Part shown: piece after piece, positions 19,310 through 29,854 of the stretch | How the letters are laid out: each line of letters begins with the position of its first letter | How positions within the stretch are numbered: position 1 is the first letter of the stretch | Source: Bacteroidales bacterium | GTDB lineage: Bacteria; Bacteroidota; Bacteroidia; Bacteroidales; VadinHA17 | Length of the DNA: 55,252 bases | Reading direction: 5' to 3' | Assembly: GCA_003141415.1 (NCBI GenBank) | Contig: PLLX01000162.1 | Location: forward strand, 7,015-62,266 | The notes under the pieces: generated by a model | What the model saw: the letters and a program-made list of their open reading frames with translations, nothing else | What the model was told of the DNA's origin: nothing | Databases searched by the model: none | Translations under genes and position numbers: made by a program

Positions 19310-19569
19310 TTTGATCTAGTTTTTTAGTTATTATCTTGAAAAGCATTGTTCCACAATTAATTATATAATGAATAATACCTTTCATAATAAACGACAACTG
19401 TAATCTAGTTGTTTGTATCTTTAATAACCAAATATACTAAAGAAAGTTTTATGGTTGAAGTCCAATAACCGAAGACTACTCTTAAAGATTTAGTTTTAAT
19501 CTTGTAATGTTGTGATGTAGTGATGTTGTAATCTTGTATTCTTTTACAACCTTTAAAGGCCTCAGAGTA

Positions 19570-19811
19570 CTATTTGTGAATATCAAACGCCATCAAAGTC
19601 AGCCACGAGATCTTTTGACCAGACAATCTTGCCATTGGATCTGTTTACACAGAACAGGCTCTTTTGGTCCGTCTGCAGGCCAGGTCTTAAGAAGGTTTGA
19701 TTCATGGTAAATACCCTCACGGTCAGATCCACGCCATTCATAAGTTCTTGTTGTTTCTGAAGATGATGTCATGAGTAGTATTAGTGCAAAAAGTATTGAA
19801 ATATTTTTCAT
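19570..19811 (-). pseudogene. Internally deleted PQQ-like beta-propeller gene remnant
   Basis: N-terminal WRGSDREG...LLKTWPADGP; then LFCVNRSNGKIVWSKDL and LMAFDIHK* in other frames. Confidence 0.6.
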
Positions 19812-20121
19812 TATTGATAGATTAATTCAGAATTTAAGCAATAAAGATAATTTCATCAATCAATTAATTTGTCGTAAGTTAGAAAAAAAGTAAAAAGATA
19901 ATGAGCATGGGCGTACCAAAGCTGATGGTTCCAAAGCTCTTAAATTCTGCAGCCGTTGTTATACACTCGGTTTATTTAATGACAACTTCACAAAACCAGA
20001 TGAAATGGTGAAACTTGTCAGAGGCAAATTAAAGGAAATGAGATATAGACCACTTAAAAGATGGTTCTTCACATCCCATATTCCTCAACTTGAAAGGTGG
20101 AAAAGCTGATTAACTGGTTTC

Positions 20122-23100
20122 TTATAAATTAAACCCGGAAATGTCGACAGAAGGTTCTTCTCCGCCTGTGTCCTCATCTTTCAGTTTCATTGTTATGACC
20201 TTTATATCTCCAGGCATAAGTGATATATAGTTATCACTATAGAACACCGGCAGCATACGTTCGCCTTTATTTTTTCCAACTACCTTCAATCTGATCATTA
20301 AAGCAGGAGTCTTGGTCGTGTTATTCAAAGTAGTCGTCAGTATCCAGTTATTCCCAGATTTTTCCGTCTTTGTATTATTCTGAAGTTTAACAACAGGTAA
20401 ATCACTGAGTGCCTGATAATTACCATCAATGAGCCCCCTCCAGTAGAAATTCTCAGATATGGTTTTATCTCCCTGTTTTAATGAAAGTTTGACAAAATGT
20501 ACTGAAGACAAACTTTTCGGGAATTCAAGCTTAAAACAAATTGCTGTAGAATCTTCTTTGCAATCAAGTGCCCTCTCTTTTTCCCACTGAACTGATCCAT
20601 CCATATTGATGATCTGGGCTTTTGCAGTCAGTCCGACCCTGTTCCTGGCATTATAGTTTACAACTTCAATATTATCAAAAACAGGATTCCACTGAATATG
20701 AATTGGTTCAGAGGCTTTTTTACATGCAAAGTATGCTGCAGCAGGTTCAAGATAGTAATCGTATGTCTGCCATACCATTGAAGGCCAGGCCGGGTGACTC
20801 ATCCAGAGTAATAACCCCTGCCGGTAAAGGCTTCTTCCTTCAAACATTCCCCTGTATCCGTTGTAGTTTACCCATTGTGCCAGTTCAGTAAATTTTTTGG
20901 CATTGTCAGACTTACCAAAACCAGTTTCAATCATCTGGTTAAATGAAGCGGCAGCCTGAGCGCTCTCCAGACAATAGTCATGTATTCCCCAAAAGCTGTT
21001 TTGCGGCCAGAGAGCAGATTCGGGAAGAGTTTGTTTAAGGCTCTCATAAGTCATAACATTCGGCATTCCCCTCTCGCTATGTAGTTTATTATAGCCATAG
21101 AGCAGGAAATAATCTCTTACAGGTAGAGCTCTGTATGGGCCGCCACCACTTACAACACCAAAAGCAGAATTGGATATATAATGCAGATCGGGATGAAGTT
21201 CATGAATCATTGCACGCAAGGCAGTGTCCAGTACTGCCGGTGGATTGCCTTCGTTCCTTCCGACATAAATTGCCATAGACGGATGGTTGCGTATCCGTTT
21301 GATCACATCCCTGGCATTATCAATGAACATTTGTGGATTATCAGGATCGGGACCATCTGCAGGGTTTGCCAGCCAGAAATCCTGCCATATCATTACTCCA
21401 TAACGGTCGCAGGCTTCAAAGAACTCATCATCACCTGTTTGTCCGACCCAGTTTCTGATCATTGTAAAATTCATGTCGGCATGATACGCTACCGCGATAT
21501 CATATTCTCTTCCCCGATATTCAAGATTTGATTCGGGAAAACCCCAGTTTCCGCCACGGCCAATGAAGCGCCTGCCGTTTATATAAATATTCAATATCTG
21601 GTTAGTTTCGTCAAAAGCCATTTTGCGTATTCCCGATTTAAACTCTTTTTTATCAGAAATGCCCGAGTTTGTTTTGAAAACCAGCTCAACATTATACAGA
21701 TAGGGATTGCCATAACCTTTGGGCCACCATAGTTTTGGATTAGTCAGATGTAAAGCTGGAATGTTTGATGGATTCAGCTTCAGTACTTTGGAAGATGATG
21801 GCTCAAGAGAAACCTCCTGTTCAAAAGATGTTTCCCCGAACTTTCCGGTAAGGGTCCCCGAGATCTTTTCCGACTTGTGGTTGCGCAGTGTAACAGCAAT
21901 GCTGATATCAGCTGCAGTTGTATCAGGAAGGGAAAGATCTGTCGTTACAAAAGGATCCTCAATAGTTACGGCTCCTGTGACATTTAAGAAAACATCATTC
22001 CATATACCGATATTCCTTCCCCTGATAGTTGGTATCCAGTCCCAGCCGATAGAAGCGTGATATGTGGGGTTGTCGGCGCCGAGGATTCCGCCGTTCTTAT
22101 CATGGTATAACTGTGTTGCCTCTTTTATTACTCCTATATTATCATTTTTCTTTATTAAAACAGCTATTGAATTTGTCTTACCTGGCTTAATGAGATCAGT
22201 AACATCAAATTTCCCTCTGATGAATGCCCCGTCAATTCTTCCGGTTTGTTTCCCGTTCACAAATATTTCGGCTTTCCAGTTTATCCCGTCGAAGTTCAGG
22301 AACATCCGTTCACCTTTAAAAGTTGACGGGACCTCAAATTCATTACGGTACCAGAAATCTGAGTTAAAAAATGATTCAGAGATCATTAACTGGTTATCGG
22401 CATAATTCGGATCAGGCAAAGCGCCTGCATTCCAGTAACTCACCAGAGCTGTGCCTGGTACTGTTGCTACAACCCAATCATTGTTCTCGAACCCTGGTTT
22501 AGAGATGTTTTCACCCGTTCCGGTAACCTCTGACGCGCGTTGAATTTTCCAGTTTCCCCCTGACAGACTCATACGGTTATCTGAAATATCAGGATTGGCC
22601 TTTGATTTTGGCATTATTCCACCTCTTCCCAGTATTTCAATTTCACTTAGAATATATTTATTTCCGGAAGCGGCTTCAGTCATTAATACCCTTACAAATC
22701 TACCATTGGCTCCCTTCTTAAGAGCGATGTTGTCAACTAAATCTGTATTTCCGGGAAGTGAAGCAAGGTCGATCCATTTTCTAGCATCATCAGAAACCTG
22801 AATTGATCCTTTAATTGCTTTATTTATCCAATACAATTTAATACTATCGAAAGTACTTGAAACTCCCAGGTCGACATATATCCATTCCTGACCTGTTCCG
22901 GCACTCATCCAGGCACTCTTGAAACTCTTTGATGGCGCCATCTTCAGCTTTGTTTCATTATTATAAAAATCCAGACTCCCAAATCTCCAGTCTTCTGCAC
23001 ATTTAGCTGACATATTAACTTTGTAGAAATGGTATGAAACTGGTTCCTTAAACTCAAATGATTGATTTATAACTCTTTGTGTTTTAGGTATTCCGAATTT

Positions 23101-23796
23101 AAATGTAAAAGATGGTTTGGGAGTAGTTGAATCGTTACCATAAGGGCCGGAAAAGAAGGAGGCAAATGGATTTGCAGGGCTTTTGCCCTTTGGACCTGGT
23201 TTTGAGAATAATGCTGCAAATGGATTTGGCCGTTCCTCACCAGGTAACCCATTTCCAGCGACTTTTCCAAGTTCATTCCATGTAGTCCCGTCATCTGAGC
23301 CGGAACAGGTAAATTGCCACCCGGCAGTTGGTTTACCGCTATATTCAAGACTGCCACTGAGGTTTATCTTTGTAATTTTCGGAACAACATTTCCCGGGTT
23401 AATTTCAAGCTGAATCCAAATATCACTACCGGGAAGGCTCAATTCTGTAACACTATTATTATCGAGAAGCCATTCGCGTTGATTTTTTGGCAGTTCACCC
23501 TGATTAGTTGAGAGGGAAATATAATCTGGCATTTCATGAATGATGATACCATCGGTAACAAGTTGTGCTGTAAGATTATAATCATAACTAGATGAATGAT
23601 AAGCAGGTCTTAATCTGGCCAGGTTACGGTAATTCTTATTATCAGTCAGCAGGTTAGGTGAAAAATCCTCTTTCGGATTACCAGGGTAGATTCCAACACC
23701 ACGGGTATATTTATCAGACTTTTGATTACAGCCGGCAAGCGCGATCAACATACAAATAACACTGGCAAAAAGGAAAATAGAGCTTTTGGTTTTCAT
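20122..23796 (-). CDS. GH2 glycoside hydrolase lipoprotein (beta-mannosidase/exo-glucosaminidase-like) with discoidin/CBM32-like domains
   Basis: LAGC lipobox; WIYVDLG, GWDW, IRNHPS, GRNE and HSERG motifs. Confidence 0.85.
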   Translation of the reverse strand: MKTKSSIFLFASVICMLIALAGCNQKSDKYTRGVGIYPGNPKEDFSPNLLTDNKNYRNLARLRPAYHSSSYDYNLTAQLVTDGIIIHEMPDYISLSTNQGELPKNQREWLLDNNSVTELSLPGSDIWIQLEINPGNVVPKITKINLSGSLEYSGKPTAGWQFTCSGSDDGTTWNELGKVAGNGLPGEERPNPFAALFSKPGPKGKSPANPFASFFSGPYGNDSTTPKPSFTFKFGIPKTQRVINQSFEFKEPVSYHFYKVNMSAKCAEDWRFGSLDFYNNETKLKMAPSKSFKSAWMSAGTGQEWIYVDLGVSSTFDSIKLYWINKAIKGSIQVSDDARKWIDLASLPGNTDLVDNIALKKGANGRFVRVLMTEAASGNKYILSEIEILGRGGIMPKSKANPDISDNRMSLSGGNWKIQRASEVTGTGENISKPGFENNDWVVATVPGTALVSYWNAGALPDPNYADNQLMISESFFNSDFWYRNEFEVPSTFKGERMFLNFDGINWKAEIFVNGKQTGRIDGAFIRGKFDVTDLIKPGKTNSIAVLIKKNDNIGVIKEATQLYHDKNGGILGADNPTYHASIGWDWIPTIRGRNIGIWNDVFLNVTGAVTIEDPFVTTDLSLPDTTAADISIAVTLRNHKSEKISGTLTGKFGETSFEQEVSLEPSSSKVLKLNPSNIPALHLTNPKLWWPKGYGNPYLYNVELVFKTNSGISDKKEFKSGIRKMAFDETNQILNIYINGRRFIGRGGNWGFPESNLEYRGREYDIAVAYHADMNFTMIRNWVGQTGDDEFFEACDRYGVMIWQDFWLANPADGPDPDNPQMFIDNARDVIKRIRNHPSMAIYVGRNEGNPPAVLDTALRAMIHELHPDLHYISNSAFGVVSGGGPYRALPVRDYFLLYGYNKLHSERGMPNVMTYESLKQTLPESALWPQNSFWGIHDYCLESAQAAASFNQMIETGFGKSDNAKKFTELAQWVNYNGYRGMFEGRSLYRQGLLLWMSHPAWPSMVWQTYDYYLEPAAAYFACKKASEPIHIQWNPVFDNIEVVNYNARNRVGLTAKAQIINMDGSVQWEKERALDCKEDSTAICFKLEFPKSLSSVHFVKLSLKQGDKTISENFYWRGLIDGNYQALSDLPVVKLQNNTKTEKSGNNWILTTTLNNTTKTPALMIRLKVVGKNKGERMLPVFYSDNYISLMPGDIKVITMKLKDEDTGGEEPSVDISGFNL

Positions 23797-23947
23797 ATTT
23801 TTATTAATTTTAAATTCATAAACCTATCAGTATTAGCAATTTAATGAACAGTGAAATGATTTTTTCATGTCATTTCATTTGCATAAATTGTGTGAAATGA
23901 AAATTCTTTTAATTTTATTAAAATATTTGCTTCTGAAATTATTAAGC

Positions 23948-24025
23948 ACCCCCTTCCCAACCTTCCCTCACGGGGGAAGGAGTGAATCATTTCCCCCTTG
24001 GCGGGAAAAAGAAAGGGGGTAAAAA
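23948..24025. repeat. Intact REP-like repeat homologous to the copy split at 44.1/45.9 kb
   Basis: Reverse complement TTTTTACCCCCTTTC...CAAGGGGGAAATGAT...CCCGTGAGGGAAGGTTGGGAAGGGG matches 44073-44100 plus 45903-46002. Confidence 0.75.
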
Positions 24026-24067
24026 TAAAAAACGGAAACATGAAATTAATTAAACACCTTTGAAGAT

Positions 24068-25141
24068 ATGAAGTATAATTTAATAGTTTATGCATTTGTT
24101 GTTATCTTGTTAATTAATTTATTATCCTGTCAGAACAAAGAAATGTCAAAAACAACACAGAAAATTAGGCCGCTTAAAGATACAATCGGTTTTGCTCAGT
24201 ATTCCTGGCAGATGGACAGCCTGATGGAGAGGATGGACTGGCAAGGATGGAAAAAAACTTCCGGATTGCCATGGAAGATGGTAATATGCCCTCATGATGA
24301 TTATACATACGTAGGAACACTTTACCCTGAGTTGCTTCAAAATGTAAAGGCTCCAAATCTTATTCTTATTGGTGTAGCTCATAAAGCAGCACAGCTTGGC
24401 ATTGAAGATTCATTGGTATTCGACAGTTATGCATCCTGGAAAGGACCGTGGAAAAATATTTCTGTTTCTCCTATACGAGAGGAAATTTACAAGTTACTGG
24501 TGAAAAAATTTGCAGTCATAAATGATACTCTGCAAAAAGTTGAACATTCGGTGGAAGCTTTAATTCCTTTTCTGCAGTATTTTAACAGGAATATTACAAT
24601 TGTACCAATACTGGTGCCGGCCATGAGCCCTGACAGGATGCAAGCATGTGGAAAAGCGCTTGCTGATGCAATCCGGACGGTTGCAAAGACCCATAAGTGG
24701 GAGTGGGGAACTGACTTTGCAATTGTTTCTACAACAGATGCCGTACATTACGGTACTGAGGATTGGGGTGGGATCAACAGGGCATATTTTGGTTGCGATG
24801 AACAGGGAAATATTAAAGCCCGGGAACATGAAGCAGGGATAATTGACAGTTGTCTTAGAGGTGAAGTGTTACCTGAAAAAATCAGGTTATTCAGCAATTA
24901 TACTTTGAATCCTGATAACTTCAGGGAATATAAATGGACCTGGTGCGGAAGGTATAGTGTGCCAGTCGCATTATATACTTCATATTATCTTAATAACGGC
25001 AATAAGTTATCCGGTGATTTAGTTGGTTATTCCACAAGCATTACCTCAGCACATATACCTGTTGATGATTTAGGAATGGGACGGACAGCTATAGCGACGA
25101 ATTGTCACTGGGTAGGCTACGCAGCATTAGGATACAAATAG
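24068..25141 (+). CDS. MEMO1/AmmeMemoRadiSam B-family lipoprotein
   Basis: PHDDY, EHSVE, STTDAVHYG, TWCG and VGYA motifs; LLSC lipobox. Confidence 0.8.
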   Translation: MKYNLIVYAFVVILLINLLSCQNKEMSKTTQKIRPLKDTIGFAQYSWQMDSLMERMDWQGWKKTSGLPWKMVICPHDDYTYVGTLYPELLQNVKAPNLILIGVAHKAAQLGIEDSLVFDSYASWKGPWKNISVSPIREEIYKLLVKKFAVINDTLQKVEHSVEALIPFLQYFNRNITIVPILVPAMSPDRMQACGKALADAIRTVAKTHKWEWGTDFAIVSTTDAVHYGTEDWGGINRAYFGCDEQGNIKAREHEAGIIDSCLRGEVLPEKIRLFSNYTLNPDNFREYKWTWCGRYSVPVALYTSYYLNNGNKLSGDLVGYSTSITSAHIPVDDLGMGRTAIATNCHWVGYAALGYK

Positions 25142-25150
25142 TTACGTTAA

Positions 25151-26350
25151 ATGAAAAAGTCAGAATACATAAAGCTATTAAAAAGCTTTGGTTTAATTAC
25201 CGGAATTATTTTTATTATATACAGCTGTCGTGGCACCAATGAAAAAAAAATACAAACAGAAATTGATCATATTGCTGCTAAATGGGTCCCTGATCACAGA
25301 GTCGGGATTTGTAATGTTAAATTAAAGTCCGGAGAAAATGGAGCAGTAATTCTTACCGGTGAAACCACAAATCTGGCAGCAAAAAACGAGATCATTAAAA
25401 CTTTAAATAATCAGAGTAAAACATTAATTGACAGTATTATATTTCTTCCTGACACAATAAGAAATAAAAAATATATGGGATTGGTTACCCTGAGTGTTAT
25501 TAACCTTAGAAAGGAACCAGATCATGCATCGGAATTGGTGTCACAGGCAAGACTTGGTACTCCGGTTTTAATATTAAAAAACATTAACTCATGGGTTCTT
25601 ATCCAAACTCCTGACAATTATATCTCGTGGACAGAAGAATCCTGTATAAACGCTATGAGCAGGATGGAAATGGCAGTATGGAAGAAGGCATCAAGGATTA
25701 TTTACCAGGAGAATACAGGCTGGTTGTATGATTCGACTTCGGATAATTCAGGTATTGTAGGTGATTTGGTAGGAGGGAGCATTATGGAAAAGATTGGAGA
25801 ATTAAACCATTATGTCATTATTGTTTTACCGGATGGACGTAAAGGATTTGTTGAGATGAAGAAAGTTCTGGATTTTGACCGTTGGAAAAGTACAGTTCCC
25901 TGCACAGAAGAAAGCATTTGCGGAGTTGCCATTACATACCTTGGATTGCCGTATTTATGGGGAGGTTCTTCAGCCAAAGCAGTAGATTGCAGTGGTTTTG
26001 TCCAGTCAGTCTATTTTATGAACGGACTGATCCTGGCAAGGGATGCATCTTTGCAGGCACTGCATGGTAACAAAGTTGACATTGACGATGGTTATGGCCA
26101 TTTAAGAAAAGGCGATCTCCTTTTTTTTGGTTCAAAAGAAAACGGAATCGCTCATGTTACTCATGTTGCTATTTATCTGGGAAACAAAGAGTATATTAAT
26201 TCATCAGGAAGAGTAATGATAAATAGTCTTGATCCGGCTCAAATCAATTATAGCAGCCATAGAATGAATTCACTCCTGGCAGCTAAGCGAATTATTGGGG
26301 TAGAGAATGATATGGGAATTGTGCCTGTTATTAAACATCCATGGTATTGA
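25151..26350 (+). CDS. SH3 + NlpC/P60 peptidase (YkfC-like gamma-D-Glu endopeptidase)
   Basis: PYLWGG, DCSGFV, GDLLFF and HVAIY motifs. Confidence 0.9.
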   Translation: MKKSEYIKLLKSFGLITGIIFIIYSCRGTNEKKIQTEIDHIAAKWVPDHRVGICNVKLKSGENGAVILTGETTNLAAKNEIIKTLNNQSKTLIDSIIFLPDTIRNKKYMGLVTLSVINLRKEPDHASELVSQARLGTPVLILKNINSWVLIQTPDNYISWTEESCINAMSRMEMAVWKKASRIIYQENTGWLYDSTSDNSGIVGDLVGGSIMEKIGELNHYVIIVLPDGRKGFVEMKKVLDFDRWKSTVPCTEESICGVAITYLGLPYLWGGSSAKAVDCSGFVQSVYFMNGLILARDASLQALHGNKVDIDDGYGHLRKGDLLFFGSKENGIAHVTHVAIYLGNKEYINSSGRVMINSLDPAQINYSSHRMNSLLAAKRIIGVENDMGIVPVIKHPWY

Positions 26351-26369
26351 TGACAAAAACATTAAATAT

Positions 26370-27515
26370 ATGAGTTCACGAAGAAAATTTCTGACAGATT
26401 GCGGAGTCCTTGCCGGAAGCGCCGGATTTTCATATATGACAATCGGGAAGCATGATTGGAATGAATATACTAAAAAACCTGCAAAAAGTTCAGGACTGAG
26501 CTTACGTTTTAAGCCTTATGAATTGCATTTGAAACATGTTTTTACCATAGCCGAAGGATCGAGGAGCACAACACCTGTAATGCTCACTGAGCTTGAGTTT
26601 GATAATATCATTGGTTATGGTGAGGCATCCATGCCACCTTATCTCGGAGAAAGTCACGAAACAGCCACTTCCTTTCTTAACAAGGTTGATCTGACTCAGT
26701 TTGAAAGCCCTTTCCTGATGGAAGACATACTTGCATATGTCGATCAGCTCGTTCCGGGAAACTATGCTGCAAAGGCCTCCGTTGACATCGCTTTGCATGA
26801 TCTGGTAGGAAAGCTTATGAAACAGCCGTGGTACAAAATATGGGGACTCAATCCGGATAAAACTCCGAATACTTCATTTACAATTGGTATAGATAAACCG
26901 GAAGTTGTCAAAGCAAAAGTCAGGGAAGCAGCTCCTTACAGAATTCTTAAAGTTAAACTTGGGCACGGAAATGATAAAGAAATGATCGAAGCGGTCAGGA
27001 GCGAGACTGATAAGCCGATTTGTGTTGATATTAACCAGGGCTGGACAGACAGAAAAATGGCACTTGATATGTCGTTCTGGCTGAAGGAGAAGGGCGCTGT
27101 CTTCATTGAACAACCGATGTCCAAAACTTCAACTGACGATACAGCATGGCTCACACAAAATAGTCCGTTACCAATTATAGCTGATGAAGCTTTTCAGACA
27201 ATCAGTGATTTTAAGAAGGTACAGGGAGTCTATAGCGGAATAAATATCAAGCTGATGAAATGCGGCGGACTGCGCACTGCCTTCATAATGATAAAGATGG
27301 CCAGGGCGCTTGATATGAAAGTGATGATTGGTTGTATGACTGAAACATCATGTGCCGTGACGGCAGCAGCACAGCTTTCACCTTTGGTTGACTGGGCCGA
27401 TCTGGACGGGAACCTTCTTATTGATAATGATGTATTTAAAGGAATATTAATCAGGGACGGAAAGATATCTCTTCCTGAGACCTCTGGAATAGGAATCAGT
27501 AAAAACAAAACATAA
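26370..27515 (+). CDS. L-Ala-D/L-Glu dipeptide epimerase (enolase superfamily) with Tat-like leader
   Basis: KVKLG, DINQGW, EQP, ADE, NIKLMK, GCM and DLDG motifs; start placed at MSSRRKFL. Confidence 0.9.
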   Translation: MSSRRKFLTDCGVLAGSAGFSYMTIGKHDWNEYTKKPAKSSGLSLRFKPYELHLKHVFTIAEGSRSTTPVMLTELEFDNIIGYGEASMPPYLGESHETATSFLNKVDLTQFESPFLMEDILAYVDQLVPGNYAAKASVDIALHDLVGKLMKQPWYKIWGLNPDKTPNTSFTIGIDKPEVVKAKVREAAPYRILKVKLGHGNDKEMIEAVRSETDKPICVDINQGWTDRKMALDMSFWLKEKGAVFIEQPMSKTSTDDTAWLTQNSPLPIIADEAFQTISDFKKVQGVYSGINIKLMKCGGLRTAFIMIKMARALDMKVMIGCMTETSCAVTAAAQLSPLVDWADLDGNLLIDNDVFKGILIRDGKISLPETSGIGISKNKT

Positions 27516-28870
27516 TGACAAGAAAAAGAGTTGTTTACGGAGTATTGATAATCCTGGGAGCTGCGATAATCGGAGTAACTGTTTATTTAAATAGTTTGCT
27601 GCCAATAATTACAGGGTATGCTGCAAAAAACCTTTGTTCTGATGTATTTGTATCCTTAAGGGATCCTGGAAATGTCGAGGCCATAGACCTTAATTTTTCG
27701 TTTATAAAGTTGACAAAGAACAGTATAAATTATGATGAGAAGAGCGTAACCAGTCATTTTCTCTGGGGCAAATCCAAAGCAATTTACAGAGCAGGATTCG
27801 GAGTAACACTGTTAAGAGATATTCCGGAAGAGAAGCTTCGTAAAACAAGATATCCTTCAGGTATTGATCCCGGATATTCCCAGGATACTTTAAAATGGCC
27901 TCTTGGTGATATTGTGCCAGGGAAGAATACCGGAATTGACACGTTAAAACTTAATGATATAGCAAAAAGATTAATAACAGACAATGCCTATAATGGAGAT
28001 GTATTTGCATTTATTGTAATTCATAAAGGGATCCCGGTTGCGGAAGCGTACAAACCTCAATTCAATCAAAAAACAAGATTTCTGAGCTGGTCAATGGCAA
28101 AAAGTTTCATAAATGCCATGGTTGGGATTCTTGTAAAACAGGGTAAACTGGATATCATGAAGCCGGTTGGCATCGATGAATGGAAAAACGATGAAAGAAG
28201 TAAAATAACGCTGAACAACATTATGCAGATGCAAAGCGGACTGAAATGGAACGAGGATTATGGAAACAGGTCAGATGTAACCCTTATGCTTCATTGTGAA
28301 AGTGATATGGCTCATTTTGCATTGGATCGGCCTTCAGCATACCCGGTCGGCGCTCACTGGTATTATTCCTCGGGGGCAACTAATATTGTCAGTTATCTGA
28401 TTCGCAGGCAATTCAGTAATGACTCTTCATATTATGTTTTTGCGAACAACCAGCTTTTTAACAAGATTGGTGCTCCTGATGCTGTTTTTGAGGTTGATCC
28501 AACCGGCACAAGGGTTGGATCTTCTTATCTGTATGCCACAGCACGTGATTACGCAAGATTTGGATTGTTGTTTGAGAATGACGGAGTATTCAATGGAGAA
28601 AGAATTCTACCTGAAGGGTGGGTAAAATACAGTACATCAGTTGCTTCAGCAAGTAATGGGCTATATGGATCTTTTTTCTGGCTTAACAGAGGTAAAAGTT
28701 TGCCATCGGCACCTGAAGATATGTATGCATGTGACGGACACGATGGACAACATATTTACATTCTGCCAACCCAGCAACTGGTTGTTGTTATTCTTGGATA
28801 CTCACCATTATCAAAGGGAGGAATGGATACCGATGGGCTGCTGAAAGATATTTTAGGGACACTGAAGTAA
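27515..28870 (+). CDS. Serine hydrolase, beta-lactamase/PBP-like family
   Basis: SWSMAKS (SxxK), YSS and LPEGWV motifs. Confidence 0.88.
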   Translation: MTRKRVVYGVLIILGAAIIGVTVYLNSLLPIITGYAAKNLCSDVFVSLRDPGNVEAIDLNFSFIKLTKNSINYDEKSVTSHFLWGKSKAIYRAGFGVTLLRDIPEEKLRKTRYPSGIDPGYSQDTLKWPLGDIVPGKNTGIDTLKLNDIAKRLITDNAYNGDVFAFIVIHKGIPVAEAYKPQFNQKTRFLSWSMAKSFINAMVGILVKQGKLDIMKPVGIDEWKNDERSKITLNNIMQMQSGLKWNEDYGNRSDVTLMLHCESDMAHFALDRPSAYPVGAHWYYSSGATNIVSYLIRRQFSNDSSYYVFANNQLFNKIGAPDAVFEVDPTGTRVGSSYLYATARDYARFGLLFENDGVFNGERILPEGWVKYSTSVASASNGLYGSFFWLNRGKSLPSAPEDMYACDGHDGQHIYILPTQQLVVVILGYSPLSKGGMDTDGLLKDILGTLK

Positions 28871-28931
28871 GTAATTAGATTCTATTTAACATAATGTCAG
28901 CCGGAAGGGTAGGTGATACCTGAAAACCTGA

Positions 28932-29405
28932 TCAGGTCTCTGTTAAGCTGCAAATTTCACTTCCGGCAGCAACAATGAGGTTATCAGGAGTTATTTTCAA
29001 CTGTAATCCCCTGGTGCCGGCGCTAACATATATCTGGTCGTAAAGTATGCAGTTTTCGTCAATATAACTGGAATATTTTTTCTTCATTCCAATTGGTGAA
29101 CATCCGCCACGGATATAGCCGGTGAGTTCAAAGATTTCTTTCATCTGGACCATTGCTGCGTTCTTGTTGCCTGATGCTCTGGCTGCTTTCTTCAGGTCGA
29201 GTTCCTTACTGCCAGGTATGATGCAAATGAATACACCTGTCTTATCACCTTGTAAAACCAGTGTTTTAAAGACCTGATCAACATCCTGTTGGAGTTTTGA
29301 AGCTACGGCATACGCACTCAGGTCTGATTCATCCACATCATATGGAATTAGTTCATAGGATATGCCTTTTGAATCGAGTAACCGTGCTGCGTTTGTCTTA
29401 TTCAT
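28932..29405 (-). CDS. ybaK: Cys-tRNA(Pro) deacylase
   Basis: KTNAARLLD, VFKTLV, TGYIRGGCSPIG and SAG.RG motifs. Confidence 0.95.
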   Translation of the reverse strand: MNKTNAARLLDSKGISYELIPYDVDESDLSAYAVASKLQQDVDQVFKTLVLQGDKTGVFICIIPGSKELDLKKAARASGNKNAAMVQMKEIFELTGYIRGGCSPIGMKKKYSSYIDENCILYDQIYVSAGTRGLQLKITPDNLIVAAGSEICSLTET

Positions 29406-29578
29406 TGTGAGGTTAATTATTTTCCCGGCAAAGTAAGATTATACTGTTAGGTATACTGTAAATATACCAATATGTTCAATATCGATTATATCACCTCTGT
29501 GGATTTAACTTCGTAAGCCGTAGCTTTCTTTACCGGAAGCATATATCAGCCAACAAGCTAACCGGAAATTCTTTTTAA

Positions 29579-29609
29579 AAAGCCTATAATGTATTGCATT
29601 ATGTAAATA
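29579..29609 (+). other. Degenerate dif-like (Xer) site at the left island boundary
   Basis: AAAGCCTATAA-tgtattgca-TTATGTAAATA; arms resemble the 35813 site but the spacer is 9 nt. Confidence 0.4.
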
Positions 29610-29854
29610 TAGCTTAGGGTAGAAGGCTGGAGACTCTCTGTCCGTAATAGCCCTTCGCCATGTCAGTAATCATAATGGGAGGGAAGGGAAAAAGCTTTTC
29701 TTTATTTATGGCAAAAAGAAACACTCTTTTTTCCGGAGCGAAATCCCACCGACGCTTATGGCTATAGCGGACGAGGGGAGAAAAATGGGTGTTCGTTTTT
29801 GGATGGAGTAAATTAGTGGTGATTATAAAACAATGGAAGTAATTTGATGTATCT

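Noticed and set aside
19500-19545. 8-nt periodic TGTTGTAA/TGATGTAG-like repeat
   Set aside because: Short degenerate low-complexity repeat with no spacers; not a CRISPR array.
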